The position numbers and the translations under genes are program-made. From NCBI GenBank assembly GCA_945865625.1, contig CAMBFD010000002.1, forward strand, positions 35,857 to 99,856: a DNA stretch of 64,000 nucleotides, given 5' to 3'. The notes beneath the pieces are model-generated. The model worked only from the letters and a program-made list of their open reading frames with translations. It did not search any database and was not told the DNA's origin. Position 1 is the stretch's first letter. Each line of letters starts with the position of its first letter. Below are positions 10,401-20,999 of this stretch, in pieces. Source of the DNA: Chitinophaga pinensis (GTDB taxonomy: Bacteria > Bacteroidota > Bacteroidia > NS11-12g > UBA955).

Positions 10401-11529
10401 TAAAGTAGGTGATTACACAGTTACTTATACAGTAAAAGATGCACAAGCTAACGTTTCTACAAAATCTCGTTTTGTTCGTGTTCGCGATACTCAAAAACCA
10501 GGTATCTTCCGTTTAGGCAAGAATATTACTGATGGTATGACAATCGACGTTCAAATCAATAACGTATTCGTTGATGATATTTATTCTAACGATCCTTGTA
10601 ACGGTAATATTTTCTTATCTAAGAACCCAGGTTTCTTTGGTCCAGTGAATAATCAAATTCGTAACACTTATCCTATTGTTTACAATGCTATGGACCCATC
10701 TGGTAACAAAGCAACTGAAGATGGATTCACAATCAACTACCGTGTAGATGATTACATCGCTCCGAACATTGAATTAAATACAGGTGATACCCTTTACCAT
10801 GATGTAAATAGTAACTACTCTTCTAGAAGCGTATCAGTTTCTGATAACTACTATCCTGTAAATAAAATTAGTGTTGTAAGAACTGGTAAAGTTGATCCTT
10901 ACACTTTAGGTACATATGTTGAAACATACACTGCAACTGATGAGAGTGGTAATGCTACAACTAAAAAACGTTTCGTTAAAGTTGTTGACCGTATAGCTCC
11001 TCAAATGACAGCTCCTCCAATGAGTGTTTGTGTTGGTACTCCATTCTGGGCTAACTCAGGTTTGATAATCAAAGACAACTATTATTCTTCATCTGATTTG
11101 ATGCCATTGGTTAAAGTAATGAACCACAACATCAATATTTTTGAAGCTGGTGTTTACTTTATCAACTATACATTGATCGACCCTAGCGGAAACGAAGCTA
11201 GTATTGTATCTCGTTCTGTATATGTTCAATACCCACCTAATTGCCAAAACACTTATTCAGGTGTTAACAGCTTAACTTTAGATAAAGCAATTACTGTTTA
11301 CCCTAACCCTGCTAGCAGCAAAGTAAACGTATCTTATGCTTTGACTAACACTCAACCGTTGTCAATTGAAATTACAAATGCAATTGGCGCTGTTGTTGCT
11401 ACTAAAGTTGTAGATGGTGGTTCTGGCGTAGCTGAACTTAACATTAACGACATCGTATCTGGAGTTTACTTCGTACGTATGACAAACAACGGTGAAACTA
11501 CCGTGAAGAAATTAGTGATCAAAAACTAA
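7480..11529 (+). CDS. Giant secreted multidomain adhesin-like protein, T9SS cargo (GEVED x2, PKD-like repeats, CUB-like domain, Ig-like/DUF5011-like repeats, C-terminal sorting domain)
   Basis: 1349 aa with signal peptide ...NRAEAQ. GEVED-type segments end in GNDFDLEINL and GEFEDYSIQL. PKD-like units are repeated (e.g. YKWTFTGAS, WEWELITPTG, FEWSIFPTSF). Ig-like units match GxYTVTYTVKDAQANVSTK. The C-terminus VYPNPASSKVNVSY...GVYFVRMTNNGETTVKKLVIKN is typical of T9SS CTDs. Confidence 0.8.
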   Translation: MKSTITKLKHILYFGAMALGFFSTNRAEAQACGAGSQHAYGCGNLYGYCGDIDAVTVKSKSGTLATYSGLTCTGNGGNTFQGVLNAGSPFDLTAGEEITIELTGTAWAGYVTKPGVWIDANRDNSLSGAECLIDPSTTTISGFQSFQVKLPCFSATGKSYLRFRGTLSAYSMSKTQGCGSFSGYGNDFDLEINLKVGTSPVANFIVPTGPNWQGTNVNFIATNPNAGANYKWTFTGASVVTNNNSIKGISQWASAGTYDVKMLVDYCGNADSIVKQVKITAPTSVPVADFIAESNEVELGFNTRVFDLSTNGPTSWEWELITPTGLNNTTYSGQNPIMDFVETGWHEVCLEATNAVGTSNKVCKKRYIECLPTLDNYLGPQHATTTKYGRLFDHNGPTANYSNGRKTSFDYFQILPCGAKEIRIKFTQLKLADNGDIMRIYDGDQADPNYEVTPKIGITNANQSYYDTATIKLYRGAAYITFETNGSGTDAGFIMNWDSDLQPATAPKAKWTTQYDPIGTGVEAVFVNASANTKGVPDFQWYVDGSLYTISPEFSNKFTTDGNYEVCLIATTCTGVDTFCDYFAVQTPSAPGNVGYTASNLRPVIGEVVTITTETDYADNFEWSIFPTSFTFENGTNKNSRNPQIKFSKGGPYTFTLSAWNSYGTKSATEKKIIKNKYVIVLDYCIPLVNMVSTDVAVNNVKVTDKSGKILIDNMSANTTDAYSDFTDVRVMKMTYGASYDLTIDRKTTSNTVNYKTWIDWNIDGDFDDANEEVLSSGPITGGTATSKIVVPALANSFEGKTRMRVGVSYGSFANTPCGVNQVGEFEDYSIQLANDKLPPMINLVGSDTVRVERGTSVSSCYAEVASKTFSASDPTEGDMTNKVVLVSDLDCQTSGVYSISFDLKDASGNSAPTRTRTVIVVLDKTGPVLTLQGNDTINLEQCGTYTEAGAVANDLIDGDLSSAIKVVGSVDPSKVGDYTVTYTVKDAQANVSTKSRFVRVRDTQKPGIFRLGKNITDGMTIDVQINNVFVDDIYSNDPCNGNIFLSKNPGFFGPVNNQIRNTYPIVYNAMDPSGNKATEDGFTINYRVDDYIAPNIELNTGDTLYHDVNSNYSSRSVSVSDNYYPVNKISVVRTGKVDPYTLGTYVETYTATDESGNATTKKRFVKVVDRIAPQMTAPPMSVCVGTPFWANSGLIIKDNYYSSSDLMPLVKVMNHNINIFEAGVYFINYTLIDPSGNEASIVSRSVYVQYPPNCQNTYSGVNSLTLDKAITVYPNPASSKVNVSYALTNTQPLSIEITNAIGAVVATKVVDGGSGVAELNINDIVSGVYFVRMTNNGETTVKKLVIKN

Positions 11530-11553
11530 TTTAATAGATATTGATTTTAGAGG

Positions 11554-11585
11554 AAAGGCCTTGCGAAAGCAAGGCCTTTTTTTTT
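11554..11585 (+). terminator. Rho-independent terminator after the adhesin gene
   Basis: Stem ggccttgc (11557-11564), loop gaaa, stem gcaaggcc (11569-11576), then a 9-T run. Confidence 0.8.
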
Positions 11586-11609
11586 GTAGTACTTATCACA
11601 AAAATTATA

Positions 11610-11617
11610 TAAATTTG
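11610..11617 (+). promoter_or_regulatory. -7 box TAAATTTG upstream of the mlaD-like gene
   Basis: Exact match to the Bacteroidota TAnnTTTG consensus, 5 nt before ATG 11623. The nearest TTG (11584-11586) gives a long 23-nt spacer. Confidence 0.35.
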
Positions 11618-11622
11618 AAGCC

Positions 11623-12618
11623 ATGTCTTTATTTACAGGTCTTACCAAAGAATTTAAAGTCGGCATGCTTGCCGTCGTATCATTAACAATTTTAATTCTT
11701 GGTTACAATTTTATGCTTGGAAAAGATAATCCTCTCCAAAGAGGTCGTGAATTTTATGTTTTCTATGATAGTACTCAAGGTTTAACTCCGGGTACATCGG
11801 TTGTTTACAATGGGTTTAGAATTGGACAGTTAAAATCTCTATCAATGGTAAATGATGGTAGTAAAATTCAAGCAGTAGTCGAAATTTCCTCAGATATGAA
11901 TATTCCTAAAGATTCTAAATTTAAAATTGAATCTGAAATATTAGGGGGACAAAAAATGAAACTTATTAGAGGTGTTTCAACGGTATTTGCCGAAGATGGC
12001 GATACATTGACTTCTATGTACACGAGAGATCAATTTTCGGCGATGAATGATAAAATTATACCACTCGTATCTAAAGCAGACTCGCTGTTAGGCTCTATGA
12101 ATATGTTTTTCAAGAGTGCAGCACTCGGTAATGCAATTGATGAGCTTCCGAAGGCTATATTAGCTTTCAAATATGCACTTCAGCAAATGGAAGATTTAAT
12201 GGTTGAAATTAGTCCTGAAGTAAAAGGTACCGTTTCCAATCTTTCTTCGTTTTCAACTCAGTTGGTTAAATATGATAAACAAATCACAAATGCTTTGAAA
12301 AGCATAGAGCGATTAGGAAAACAGATGGATACTGTTGATTTAGGTCGTACCATCAATGATTTATCGAATACAACGGCTGATTTATCAAAGTTGTTAAAGT
12401 CGATTTCTAATGGTGAAGGAACTTTGGGTAAGCTTGCAACAGATCCTCAGTTGTACAATGATTTGCAACGAGGAACCGCTGAATTGAATCGTGTTTTGTT
12501 AGACCTAAAGAAATATCCTGAAAAGTATGTGCCAGTTCCCTTTACAAAATCTCAGAGAGAGAGGGCTAAATCTGATTCGAAAAAGGATAAATCCGTTTGG
12601 CCAGATACGCTTAAATAA
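11623..12618 (+). CDS. MlaD/MCE-family protein
   Basis: N-terminal TM helix followed by an MCE domain (YVFYDSTQGLTPGTSVVYNGFRIGQLKSL) and a long coiled C-terminal part. Confidence 0.7.
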   Translation: MSLFTGLTKEFKVGMLAVVSLTILILGYNFMLGKDNPLQRGREFYVFYDSTQGLTPGTSVVYNGFRIGQLKSLSMVNDGSKIQAVVEISSDMNIPKDSKFKIESEILGGQKMKLIRGVSTVFAEDGDTLTSMYTRDQFSAMNDKIIPLVSKADSLLGSMNMFFKSAALGNAIDELPKAILAFKYALQQMEDLMVEISPEVKGTVSNLSSFSTQLVKYDKQITNALKSIERLGKQMDTVDLGRTINDLSNTTADLSKLLKSISNGEGTLGKLATDPQLYNDLQRGTAELNRVLLDLKKYPEKYVPVPFTKSQRERAKSDSKKDKSVWPDTLK

Positions 12619-12621
12619 TGA

Positions 12622-13320
12622 CTAATTATTTGATAATCCTTTTGTCTTTGAATTGAATTTTTCAAATAAAACAATCATCCATAACATATAAAGAAGATTG
12701 TAAAAGAAATCTTCGAAAGGAATTGTACCAATTCTAAAGTTGCAATTTTCTAGGTTGTTATAAATAAGCACCGGTTTGGATGTAAGTATACCATTGACAT
12801 AGGCCATTGGAATTAAAGCTATGATCCATGCCAATAATAAATGGTTGCCAATTCTTTGGAAGAGTGCCTTTTCTAGCTTATACACCATAATAAGGGTCAC
12901 CAGGATTAACCCAAATGTGATGAAAGTATATAACTGGGAATAAAATACAATAGACATTCCCAATGAGAATACCCCAATTCCAATCCAAATGTAATTTGCA
13001 TGAAGATTTATTCTAGGGAAATATGATTTTAAGCAGACATAAATAAATAAACAGGCATACGGAACCACCAAAAAAAAGATATATTCTTCTATTGGTAAAT
13101 TAATTATGAACTTATCGATAAGGAATTCTTCATTGAATTTCCAGACATTGTGGTGAGTGAATAAAACATCCCAAATAATATAAAGAGCGCTTGTTATAAG
13201 CATGCTTTTTATGAAATTGGGTAAGCTTTTGTAAAAGGCTACTTTTTTATCGAAGGATAGCAGGAGCGGCCCTATAATTGTAGCAGCATTGAGAAAGAGA
13301 TAAGTATATCTATTTTCCAT
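12622..13320 (-). CDS. Lycopene cyclase domain protein (fused CrtYc/CrtYd type)
   Basis: 232-aa polytopic membrane protein with two halves, each carrying the hPhEE-type motif (LPIEEYIFF and IPFEDFFYN). Confidence 0.65.
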   Translation of the reverse strand: MENRYTYLFLNAATIIGPLLLSFDKKVAFYKSLPNFIKSMLITSALYIIWDVLFTHHNVWKFNEEFLIDKFIINLPIEEYIFFLVVPYACLFIYVCLKSYFPRINLHANYIWIGIGVFSLGMSIVFYSQLYTFITFGLILVTLIMVYKLEKALFQRIGNHLLLAWIIALIPMAYVNGILTSKPVLIYNNLENCNFRIGTIPFEDFFYNLLYMLWMIVLFEKFNSKTKGLSNN

Positions 13321-13329
13321 ATTGCCAAT

Positions 13330-13875
13330 TTAGGCAAATTGCATTGGGAAGCCAAATTCTCTACCGTAATCTTTGAGTTTTTCTCTTAATATTCTTCGTG
13401 CGATGAAAATTCTTGTTTTAACTGTGCCTATGGGTATGTTCAACTCATCTGAAATTTCATGGTATTTAAATCCTTCAGCATTTAATTTAAAAGTAGTTTT
13501 TAAATCAATTGGTAAACTTTCAACAGCGTTGTCTAAGTCTTTGCGTATGAATTTTAGCTCAGCATCGTTTTCAACTCTTTGAGACGGTAAATCTATGAAA
13601 TATGTATTATCTGTAGAATCAAGAAATGTATTTCTTTTTTGATCTCTGCGGTAATTATTGATGAATGAATTCTTTAAAATGGTATATAACCAACCTCTCA
13701 AGTTGGTTCCAGCTTGAAATTTTTCTTTATAACGATAAGCCTTCAAAATGGTTTCCTGAACTAGATCTTTTGTTTCATCAAGATTGTGCGTTAACGATAG
13801 GGCGTAGTTTCTCAAAGGCGTGAGTTCCTTTTCCATCATTTTGTCGAAGCTTATTTGTGTAATGTTCATATCCAA
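13330..13875 (-). CDS. ECF-type RNA polymerase sigma-70 family factor
   Basis: 181 aa. Region 2 reads DLVQETILKAYRYKEKFQAGTNLRGWLYTILKNSFINNYRR. Region 4 HTH reads YHEISDELNIPIGTVKTRIFIARRIL. Confidence 0.85.
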   Translation of the reverse strand: MDMNITQISFDKMMEKELTPLRNYALSLTHNLDETKDLVQETILKAYRYKEKFQAGTNLRGWLYTILKNSFINNYRRDQKRNTFLDSTDNTYFIDLPSQRVENDAELKFIRKDLDNAVESLPIDLKTTFKLNAEGFKYHEISDELNIPIGTVKTRIFIARRILREKLKDYGREFGFPMQFA

Positions 13876-14193
13876 TAGTTAAACAAAATTCATATAATAT
13901 TCGGATGAATGCAAATATTTTGTTTACATAATTAAGTGTTTTAGTTCTACAAAAAAATTGCATTATGAAGGTCTATATAGCTAAAAGATTAAATATGTGT
14001 TGATTAGCATGTATTTTGGAATGATTTTTTTTGTTTAAATTATTTGTGTAATAGCTCTACAAAAATTAATATGGAAAACTTGAAGAAAATGAACAATTTA
14101 AGAAATATGTTTAACAAATTTGAGAGATTTTATGAATACGATTATGGCAAATGTGAATGTATTTCTTTAATGAGTTTAATACTCCTAACAAAC

Positions 14194-14226
14194 AAAAAAC
14201 CCTTGGAGAAGACTCCAAGGGTTTTT
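14194..14226 (-). terminator. Rho-independent terminator downstream of atpC
   Basis: Stem cccttggag (14200-14208), loop aaga, stem ctccaaggg (14213-14221). Flanked by an A-run and a T-run, so there is a T-tract on either strand. Confidence 0.75.
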
Positions 14227-14251
14227 AATATTGAATGAGTTGATGATTTAA

Positions 14252-14482
14252 TTACACCAATACTACGACTTTATTTTTAATCACCTCAACCAAACCTCCG
14301 TCAACGTCAAATGTTTCAACATTGCTACCATTTTTTACTACCATTTGGCCAGCTTTTAAGTTAGCAATCATGGCTGCGTGATTTGTCATTATTTGGAAAC
14401 TTCCGCTAACACCGGGTAAGGTAATTACCTCGGCTTCACCAGTGTATAAGGTTTTGTCTGGGGTTAAAACTTCTACTTGCAT
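14252..14482 (-). CDS. atpC: F0F1 ATP synthase subunit epsilon (short form)
   Basis: 76 aa immediately downstream of atpD. N-terminal beta-sandwich sequence MQVEVLTPDKTLYTGEAEVITLPG. Confidence 0.85.
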   Translation of the reverse strand: MQVEVLTPDKTLYTGEAEVITLPGVSGSFQIMTNHAAMIANLKAGQMVVKNGSNVETFDVDGGLVEVIKNKVVVLV

Positions 14483-14486
14483 AAAA

Positions 14487-16001
<1,515 letters not shown>

Positions 16002-16014
16002 TTATTTCTGGGTG

Positions 16015-16044
16015 CAAATATAGTTATTTTCATTAGCCTCCCAA
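16015..16044 (-). promoter_or_regulatory. atpDC promoter (TTG-N19-TATATTTG)
   Basis: On the minus strand the -7 box TATATTTG is 16022-16015 and the -33 TTG is 16044-16042, with a 19-nt spacer. Lies 19 nt upstream of the atpD ATG. Confidence 0.5.
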
Positions 16045-16118
16045 ACGTTTTTTAATTTATCTTGAAAAAACTCCTTTTTTACTTTATTCCCTTGTCGTAC
16101 CTTCGCGTTCTCAAATTT

Positions 16119-17942
16119 ATGGATCGCAATACGGTTATAGGATTTTCGCTGATTTTCCTGATTCTCATGGGCTACTATTGGTACACTGCACCATCGCCCG
16201 AACAACAAGCTCAAATTGCCAAAGTCCAAGACAGTTTGGCTAAAGTTGATGCGCTTAAACAAAAAACTGCTATTGCCAAAATTCAAAGCACAGCAAAGAC
16301 TGATTCCGCTGAAGTAGATTCTGTTGTTTTAGACAAATCAGATTTCAAATCCTTTGTGAAGGGCGAATCAAAACAAATTACAATTTCAAACAAACATTTA
16401 GAAGTTTCTGTCAACACTAAAGGCGCTTCAGTTTCAAAAGTTGTTCTCTCGCAATTTAAAAGAGCCGATTCTTCACAATTGGTCCTTTTAGATCCACAAA
16501 GTAATTTACAAAATTGGACTTGGAACGACCAAAATGGAGTTCAGTTAAATAGCGCTAATTATATATGGCAAATTGAAAAGCAAACACCCAATTCTGTATC
16601 CCTCATTATCAAAATTAATGATACTGCATTTATTCGTCAAGAATACACACTTCACGATCAAACTAATTTTTATGTGGTTGATTATAAATTTACTGTTCGC
16701 GGAATGGATGGATTTTTACGCAGAGGCAATTCCGATTTTAAATTCAATTGGTCTGCCGAATTGAACAAGCAAGAAAGAGGCAAAAAGTGGGAATTGCAAA
16801 ACTCTAATGTGGTTTATAAATTTCCGAAAGAAGATCCTCAAACCTTATCTGCAACTGAACCTGGTACCGAAGTTTTGAAAAATAAACTACAATGGGTTGG
16901 GTTTAAACAACAATATTTTACAGCTTTAATTGCCAATAAAAATGAATTTGCCACCGATGCGAAACTTTCATGGGACCAATTAAAATCCGAAGATAAAGTG
17001 AAGAAAATGAACGCTGAACTTTTCCTAGAATACAGCGGTGAACCAAATAAAGTGTATGCTATGTCGTACTATTTTGGACCAAATCATTATAAATCAATGC
17101 AAAGCTGTGATATTGGCGTTGCAAATCACGAAATTGAAAGAATCATTCCAATGGGTTGGGGGATCTTTGGTTGGGTCAATAGATACATTGTTGTTCCAGT
17201 ATTTTCAGCATTAGACGGCGTAATTGGCAGCATGGGTATCATCATTCTTTTACTCACGATCATTATCAAAACGCTGTTGTTACCTCTGGTTTACAAATCG
17301 TATATATCGACCGCAAAAATGCGAATTTTAAAGCCAGAAATCGACGAAATTAAAGAGAAACATGGCAGCGATTTACAGAAAGTACAATCTGAAAACATGA
17401 GTCTTTACAAAAAAGCTGGTGTGAGTCCGATGAGCGGTTGTGTGCCAATGTTGCTTCAAATGCCTATTTTGTTTGCAATGTTCCAGTTCTTCCCGAACGC
17501 ATTTGAACTTCGTCAAAAAACATTCCTTTGGTCTGATGATTTGAGTACATACGATAGTATTTTAGATTTGAGTTTCAACATTCCATTCTATGGTGATCAC
17601 GTATCATTGTTTACGTTGTTAATGACATTGTCTACATTGATTTACACGCACTTGAACAATCAAATTTCAGGTGTTACTGGTCAAATGAAATGGATTGGAT
17701 ACTTTATGCCTGTGATTTTCCTAGGAGTTTTGAACGATTATGCTTCAGGATTAACTTGGTATTATTTTGTGAGTAACATGATTACTTTCGGACAACAATA
17801 CGCAATTCGTAGAATGGTTGACGATAAAAAGCTTCATGCTCAAATTGCTGAAAGTCGTAAAAAACCGGTTGTAAAATCGACCTTCCAAAAGAGAATGGAA
17901 GATGCGATGAAAGCGAGTCAACAAAAAAGCAAAAAGAAATAA
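16119..17942 (+). CDS. yidC: Membrane protein insertase YidC
   Basis: The C-terminal 60-kDa insertase core reads PLVYKSYISTAKMRILKPEIDEIKEKH...GCVPMLLQMPILFAMF. The ORF-track start at 16062 is a TTG. ATG 16119 gives MDRNTVIGFSLIFLILMGYYWY, which matches the usual Bacteroidota YidC N-terminus. Confidence 0.9.
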   Translation: MDRNTVIGFSLIFLILMGYYWYTAPSPEQQAQIAKVQDSLAKVDALKQKTAIAKIQSTAKTDSAEVDSVVLDKSDFKSFVKGESKQITISNKHLEVSVNTKGASVSKVVLSQFKRADSSQLVLLDPQSNLQNWTWNDQNGVQLNSANYIWQIEKQTPNSVSLIIKINDTAFIRQEYTLHDQTNFYVVDYKFTVRGMDGFLRRGNSDFKFNWSAELNKQERGKKWELQNSNVVYKFPKEDPQTLSATEPGTEVLKNKLQWVGFKQQYFTALIANKNEFATDAKLSWDQLKSEDKVKKMNAELFLEYSGEPNKVYAMSYYFGPNHYKSMQSCDIGVANHEIERIIPMGWGIFGWVNRYIVVPVFSALDGVIGSMGIIILLLTIIIKTLLLPLVYKSYISTAKMRILKPEIDEIKEKHGSDLQKVQSENMSLYKKAGVSPMSGCVPMLLQMPILFAMFQFFPNAFELRQKTFLWSDDLSTYDSILDLSFNIPFYGDHVSLFTLLMTLSTLIYTHLNNQISGVTGQMKWIGYFMPVIFLGVLNDYASGLTWYYFVSNMITFGQQYAIRRMVDDKKLHAQIAESRKKPVVKSTFQKRMEDAMKASQQKSKKK

Positions 17943-17961
17943 TTTAATTTAAATCAATAAC

Positions 17962-17992
17962 AAAAAGGCGACAAGCAATTGTCGCCTTTTTT
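17962..17992. terminator. Bidirectional rho-independent terminator (yidC / dprA)
   Basis: Stem ggcgacaa (17967-17974), loop gcaa, stem ttgtcgcc (17979-17986). An A-run precedes and a T-run follows. Confidence 0.8.
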
Positions 17993-18001
17993 GTTTTTTA
18001 A

Positions 18002-19120
18002 TTACAAGACTCGTTGATAGAATTTCCCTGGCAATACTTGAATCAATCCCTTCAATTCTAACTCTAAGATTGAGAGCGTTAGACGATGTAATGGGATGTT
18101 ACACAGCAACATCATCTCATCAATGTGCAATTTCTTTTGTGTGAGTTGGATCATGACGGTTTTTTCATCGTTCGACAAGCTTGGAAATATATTGAGTTGT
18201 TGAATCAACGCCGACGAATTTTGCTGATTCCATTTCATCAAGTGAATAATATCTGCAGCATCTTCTATGAGATGGGCTACATTTCTTTTCACCATTGCAT
18301 TGCATCCTTTGCTCATTGGATCATTGGGATTCCCCGGAATCACCAACACTTCTCTGTCGTAGCTATGTGCAATTTGAGCTGTGGCCATGCTGCCTCCGGT
18401 TAATTGGCTTTCAACAACCAAAAGAGCGTCGCACATTCCAGCCACAATGCGGTTTCTTCTCGGGAATAAATCTGGATGAATATTGGTTCCTGTTGGCATT
18501 TCAGAAATTACAGCCCCTTGGTTTAAAACCATTTTTCGGGCCAAATAGGTATGCGTTTTAGGGTAAATGGTATCCAATCCATGAGCCAGCACACCAACGG
18601 TTGAAATGGAATAATCTACAGCACTTTGATGCGCAACTCCATCAATTCCATAGGCCAATCCACTCACAATTTGAATGCCATAGGCTTTCAAATCTCTCAC
18701 AATTTGTTGTGTGAGATTGATGCCGTTTTTCGTTGGTTTTCGCGTGCCAACAATTCCAAGTGTTTTTGGGTGGTTGAGGGATGCATTTCCAGCAGAAAAC
18801 AAGAACAAAGGACTATCTACCAGCTGCTTCAATCGCAGGGGATAAAGTTCGTTGTAAAATCCTATAATTTGGATCTTGCGTTCCTTGCAGAAGTCTATTT
18901 CTTTATCAATTTGTTTGACATTGGGTGGTTTTCGAATTTGTTGCAAGTGAGTTGGTCCGATGCCATCAATTTTTAACAATTCATGGTCAGACAATTCAAA
19001 AACGGCCTTCGCACATCCCGAAAATTGGATTAAATTCTTTCCTAAAACTGGTCCAATGCCAGATAGAAAAGACAACGCCAAAAGGGCTTCATCTTCTGTT
19101 TTGAATTGAGGGAATTTCAT
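18002..19120 (-). CDS. dprA: DNA-processing protein DprA
   Basis: 372 aa with a Rossmann-like core (LGIVGTRKPT...VSGLAYGIDGVAHQ...GVLAHGLDTIYP) and a C-terminal winged-helix region. Confidence 0.9.
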   Translation of the reverse strand: MKFPQFKTEDEALLALSFLSGIGPVLGKNLIQFSGCAKAVFELSDHELLKIDGIGPTHLQQIRKPPNVKQIDKEIDFCKERKIQIIGFYNELYPLRLKQLVDSPLFLFSAGNASLNHPKTLGIVGTRKPTKNGINLTQQIVRDLKAYGIQIVSGLAYGIDGVAHQSAVDYSISTVGVLAHGLDTIYPKTHTYLARKMVLNQGAVISEMPTGTNIHPDLFPRRNRIVAGMCDALLVVESQLTGGSMATAQIAHSYDREVLVIPGNPNDPMSKGCNAMVKRNVAHLIEDAADIIHLMKWNQQNSSALIQQLNIFPSLSNDEKTVMIQLTQKKLHIDEMMLLCNIPLHRLTLSILELELKGLIQVLPGKFYQRVL

Positions 19121-19136
19121 ATTCCCCCAAAGATAA

Positions 19137-20927
19137 TTAATCGTTCAGTTTTAAAACAGCCATGAAGGCACTCTGAGGAATGTCTACATTTCCAACAGAA
19201 CGCATGCGTTTTTTACCTTCTTTTTGTTTTTCAAGGAGCTTTCTTTTACGACTGATATCACCACCATAACACTTGGCAGTCACGTCTTTACGCATTGCAG
19301 AGATTGTTTCTCTGGCAATAACTTTTGCTCCAATTGCTGCTTGAATGGCAATTTCAAATTGCTGTTTTGGAATTAAATCTTTGAGTTTTTTGCAAATCTT
19401 TTTCCCTAAATCGAACGCATTGTCTTTGTGAATGATGGCGCTCAATGCATCGACCTGCTTTGCATTCAATAAAATATCCATTTTTACAAGCTTACTTTCT
19501 TTATATCCGATTGGATGATAATCGAAGCTTGCATATCCTTTTGAAATGGTTTTCAAACGGTCATAAAAATCGAACACAATTTCAGCCAATGGCATGTCGA
19601 ATGATAATTCAACGCGGTCTGCAGTTAAATAAACCTGATTTTTCAAAATTCCACGTTTATCCAAACACAAACTCATAACTGGGCCAACCCATTCTGACTT
19701 TGTAATTACAGAAGCTGCAATGTAAGGCTCTTCAACATAATCAATTTTGTCGGGGTTTGGTAAGTCACTTGGGTTATTCACAGGCAAAACATCGCCTTTG
19801 GTGGTGTAGCAAACGTAGCTTACGTTTGGTACTGTTGTGATCACGATCATGCCAAATTCACGCTCCAAACGTTCTTGGATGATTTCAAGATGCAACATTC
19901 CTAAGAATCCACATCTAAATCCAAATCCAAGAGCTGCGGAACTTTCTGGTTCGAACACAATACTTGCATCATTCAATTGAAGTTTACCCATTGCTTCGCG
20001 CAATTCTTCGAAATCTTCAGTTTCTACAGGGTAAATACCTGCAAAGACCATTGGTTTCACATCTTCAAATCCGTTAATATGGTCAGTAGATGGATTTTTG
20101 AAATCCGTAATTGTATCTCCAACCTTTACCTCTTTGGCATCTTTGATTCCAGAAATAATGTATCCAACATCTCCAGCTTTGATTTCATTTTGAGGCAATA
20201 AATCTAATTTTAAAACACCAACCTCATCGGCAATGTAATTCATCCCGGTGTTCATGAATTTTACATTTTGGCCTTTTTTGATGCTTCCATCCATGACCCT
20301 GTAATATGCAATTATTCCGCGGAATGGATTAAATACTGAGTCGAATATAAGTGCTTTGAGAGGCTTATTTACATCTCCATTAGGAGCAGGAACTCTATCG
20401 ATAATGGCTCTTAAAATATCGAATACACCTGCACCTGTTTTTCCTGATGCTGAAAGTATGGTATCTCTTTCGCAACCTATCAATTCCACAATTTCATCCT
20501 TTACTTCCTCAGGCATAGCTCCCGGAAGGTCAATTTTATTCAAAACCGGAATGATGGTTAAATCGTGTTCCATCGCCATGAAAAGGTTACTAATGGTTTG
20601 TGCTTCAATTCCTTGAGATGCGTCAACAATGAGCAATGCACCTTCGCAAGCCGCAATAGAACGGCTCACTTCGTAAGAAAAGTCTACGTGACCCGGAGTG
20701 TCAATTAAGTTCAATACGTATTTTTGGCCATCGAGTTCATAGTTCATTTGAATGGCATGACTCTTAATTGTAATTCCTCGTTCTCGTTCGATGTCCATAT
20801 CGTCGAGCAACTGTGCTTGCATTTGGCGCTTGTCAATGGTTTTGGTATATTCTAACAAACGATCCGCCAAGGTGCTTTTGCCATGGTCGATATGGGCGAT
20901 GATACAAAAATTACGTATATTGTGCAT
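19137..20927 (-). CDS. lepA: Elongation factor 4 (LepA)
   Basis: 596 aa with G-motifs AHIDHGKST and DTPGHVDF and a LepA C-terminal domain. Confidence 0.97.
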   Translation of the reverse strand: MHNIRNFCIIAHIDHGKSTLADRLLEYTKTIDKRQMQAQLLDDMDIERERGITIKSHAIQMNYELDGQKYVLNLIDTPGHVDFSYEVSRSIAACEGALLIVDASQGIEAQTISNLFMAMEHDLTIIPVLNKIDLPGAMPEEVKDEIVELIGCERDTILSASGKTGAGVFDILRAIIDRVPAPNGDVNKPLKALIFDSVFNPFRGIIAYYRVMDGSIKKGQNVKFMNTGMNYIADEVGVLKLDLLPQNEIKAGDVGYIISGIKDAKEVKVGDTITDFKNPSTDHINGFEDVKPMVFAGIYPVETEDFEELREAMGKLQLNDASIVFEPESSAALGFGFRCGFLGMLHLEIIQERLEREFGMIVITTVPNVSYVCYTTKGDVLPVNNPSDLPNPDKIDYVEEPYIAASVITKSEWVGPVMSLCLDKRGILKNQVYLTADRVELSFDMPLAEIVFDFYDRLKTISKGYASFDYHPIGYKESKLVKMDILLNAKQVDALSAIIHKDNAFDLGKKICKKLKDLIPKQQFEIAIQAAIGAKVIARETISAMRKDVTAKCYGGDISRKRKLLEKQKEGKKRMRSVGNVDIPQSAFMAVLKLND

Positions 20928-20937
20928 AAAAAACTTG

Positions 20938-20945
20938 CAAATATA
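20938..20945 (-). promoter_or_regulatory. -7 box TATATTTG upstream of lepA
   Basis: Plus-strand caaatata, 10 nt from the lepA ATG (20927). No clean -33 TTG. Confidence 0.35.
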
Positions 20946-20999
20946 CTGATTTTCGGGCGAATAGGGTTAAAAATTGATCTCTGAAATCTGAAAAGATTT

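Noticed and set aside
14044-14238. 64-aa plus-strand ORF in the sigma/atpC spacer
   Set aside because: It runs through the atpC terminator hairpin, has odd composition, and has no promoter box or recognisable motif. I treat the region as non-coding.
16002-16286. 94-aa minus-strand ORF, plus the TTG-initiated extension of yidC (16062-16118)
   Set aside because: The minus ORF overlaps the atpD promoter and the yidC 5' end and has no motifs. The yidC N-terminus matches the usual MD(R/K)NT... start at ATG 16119.
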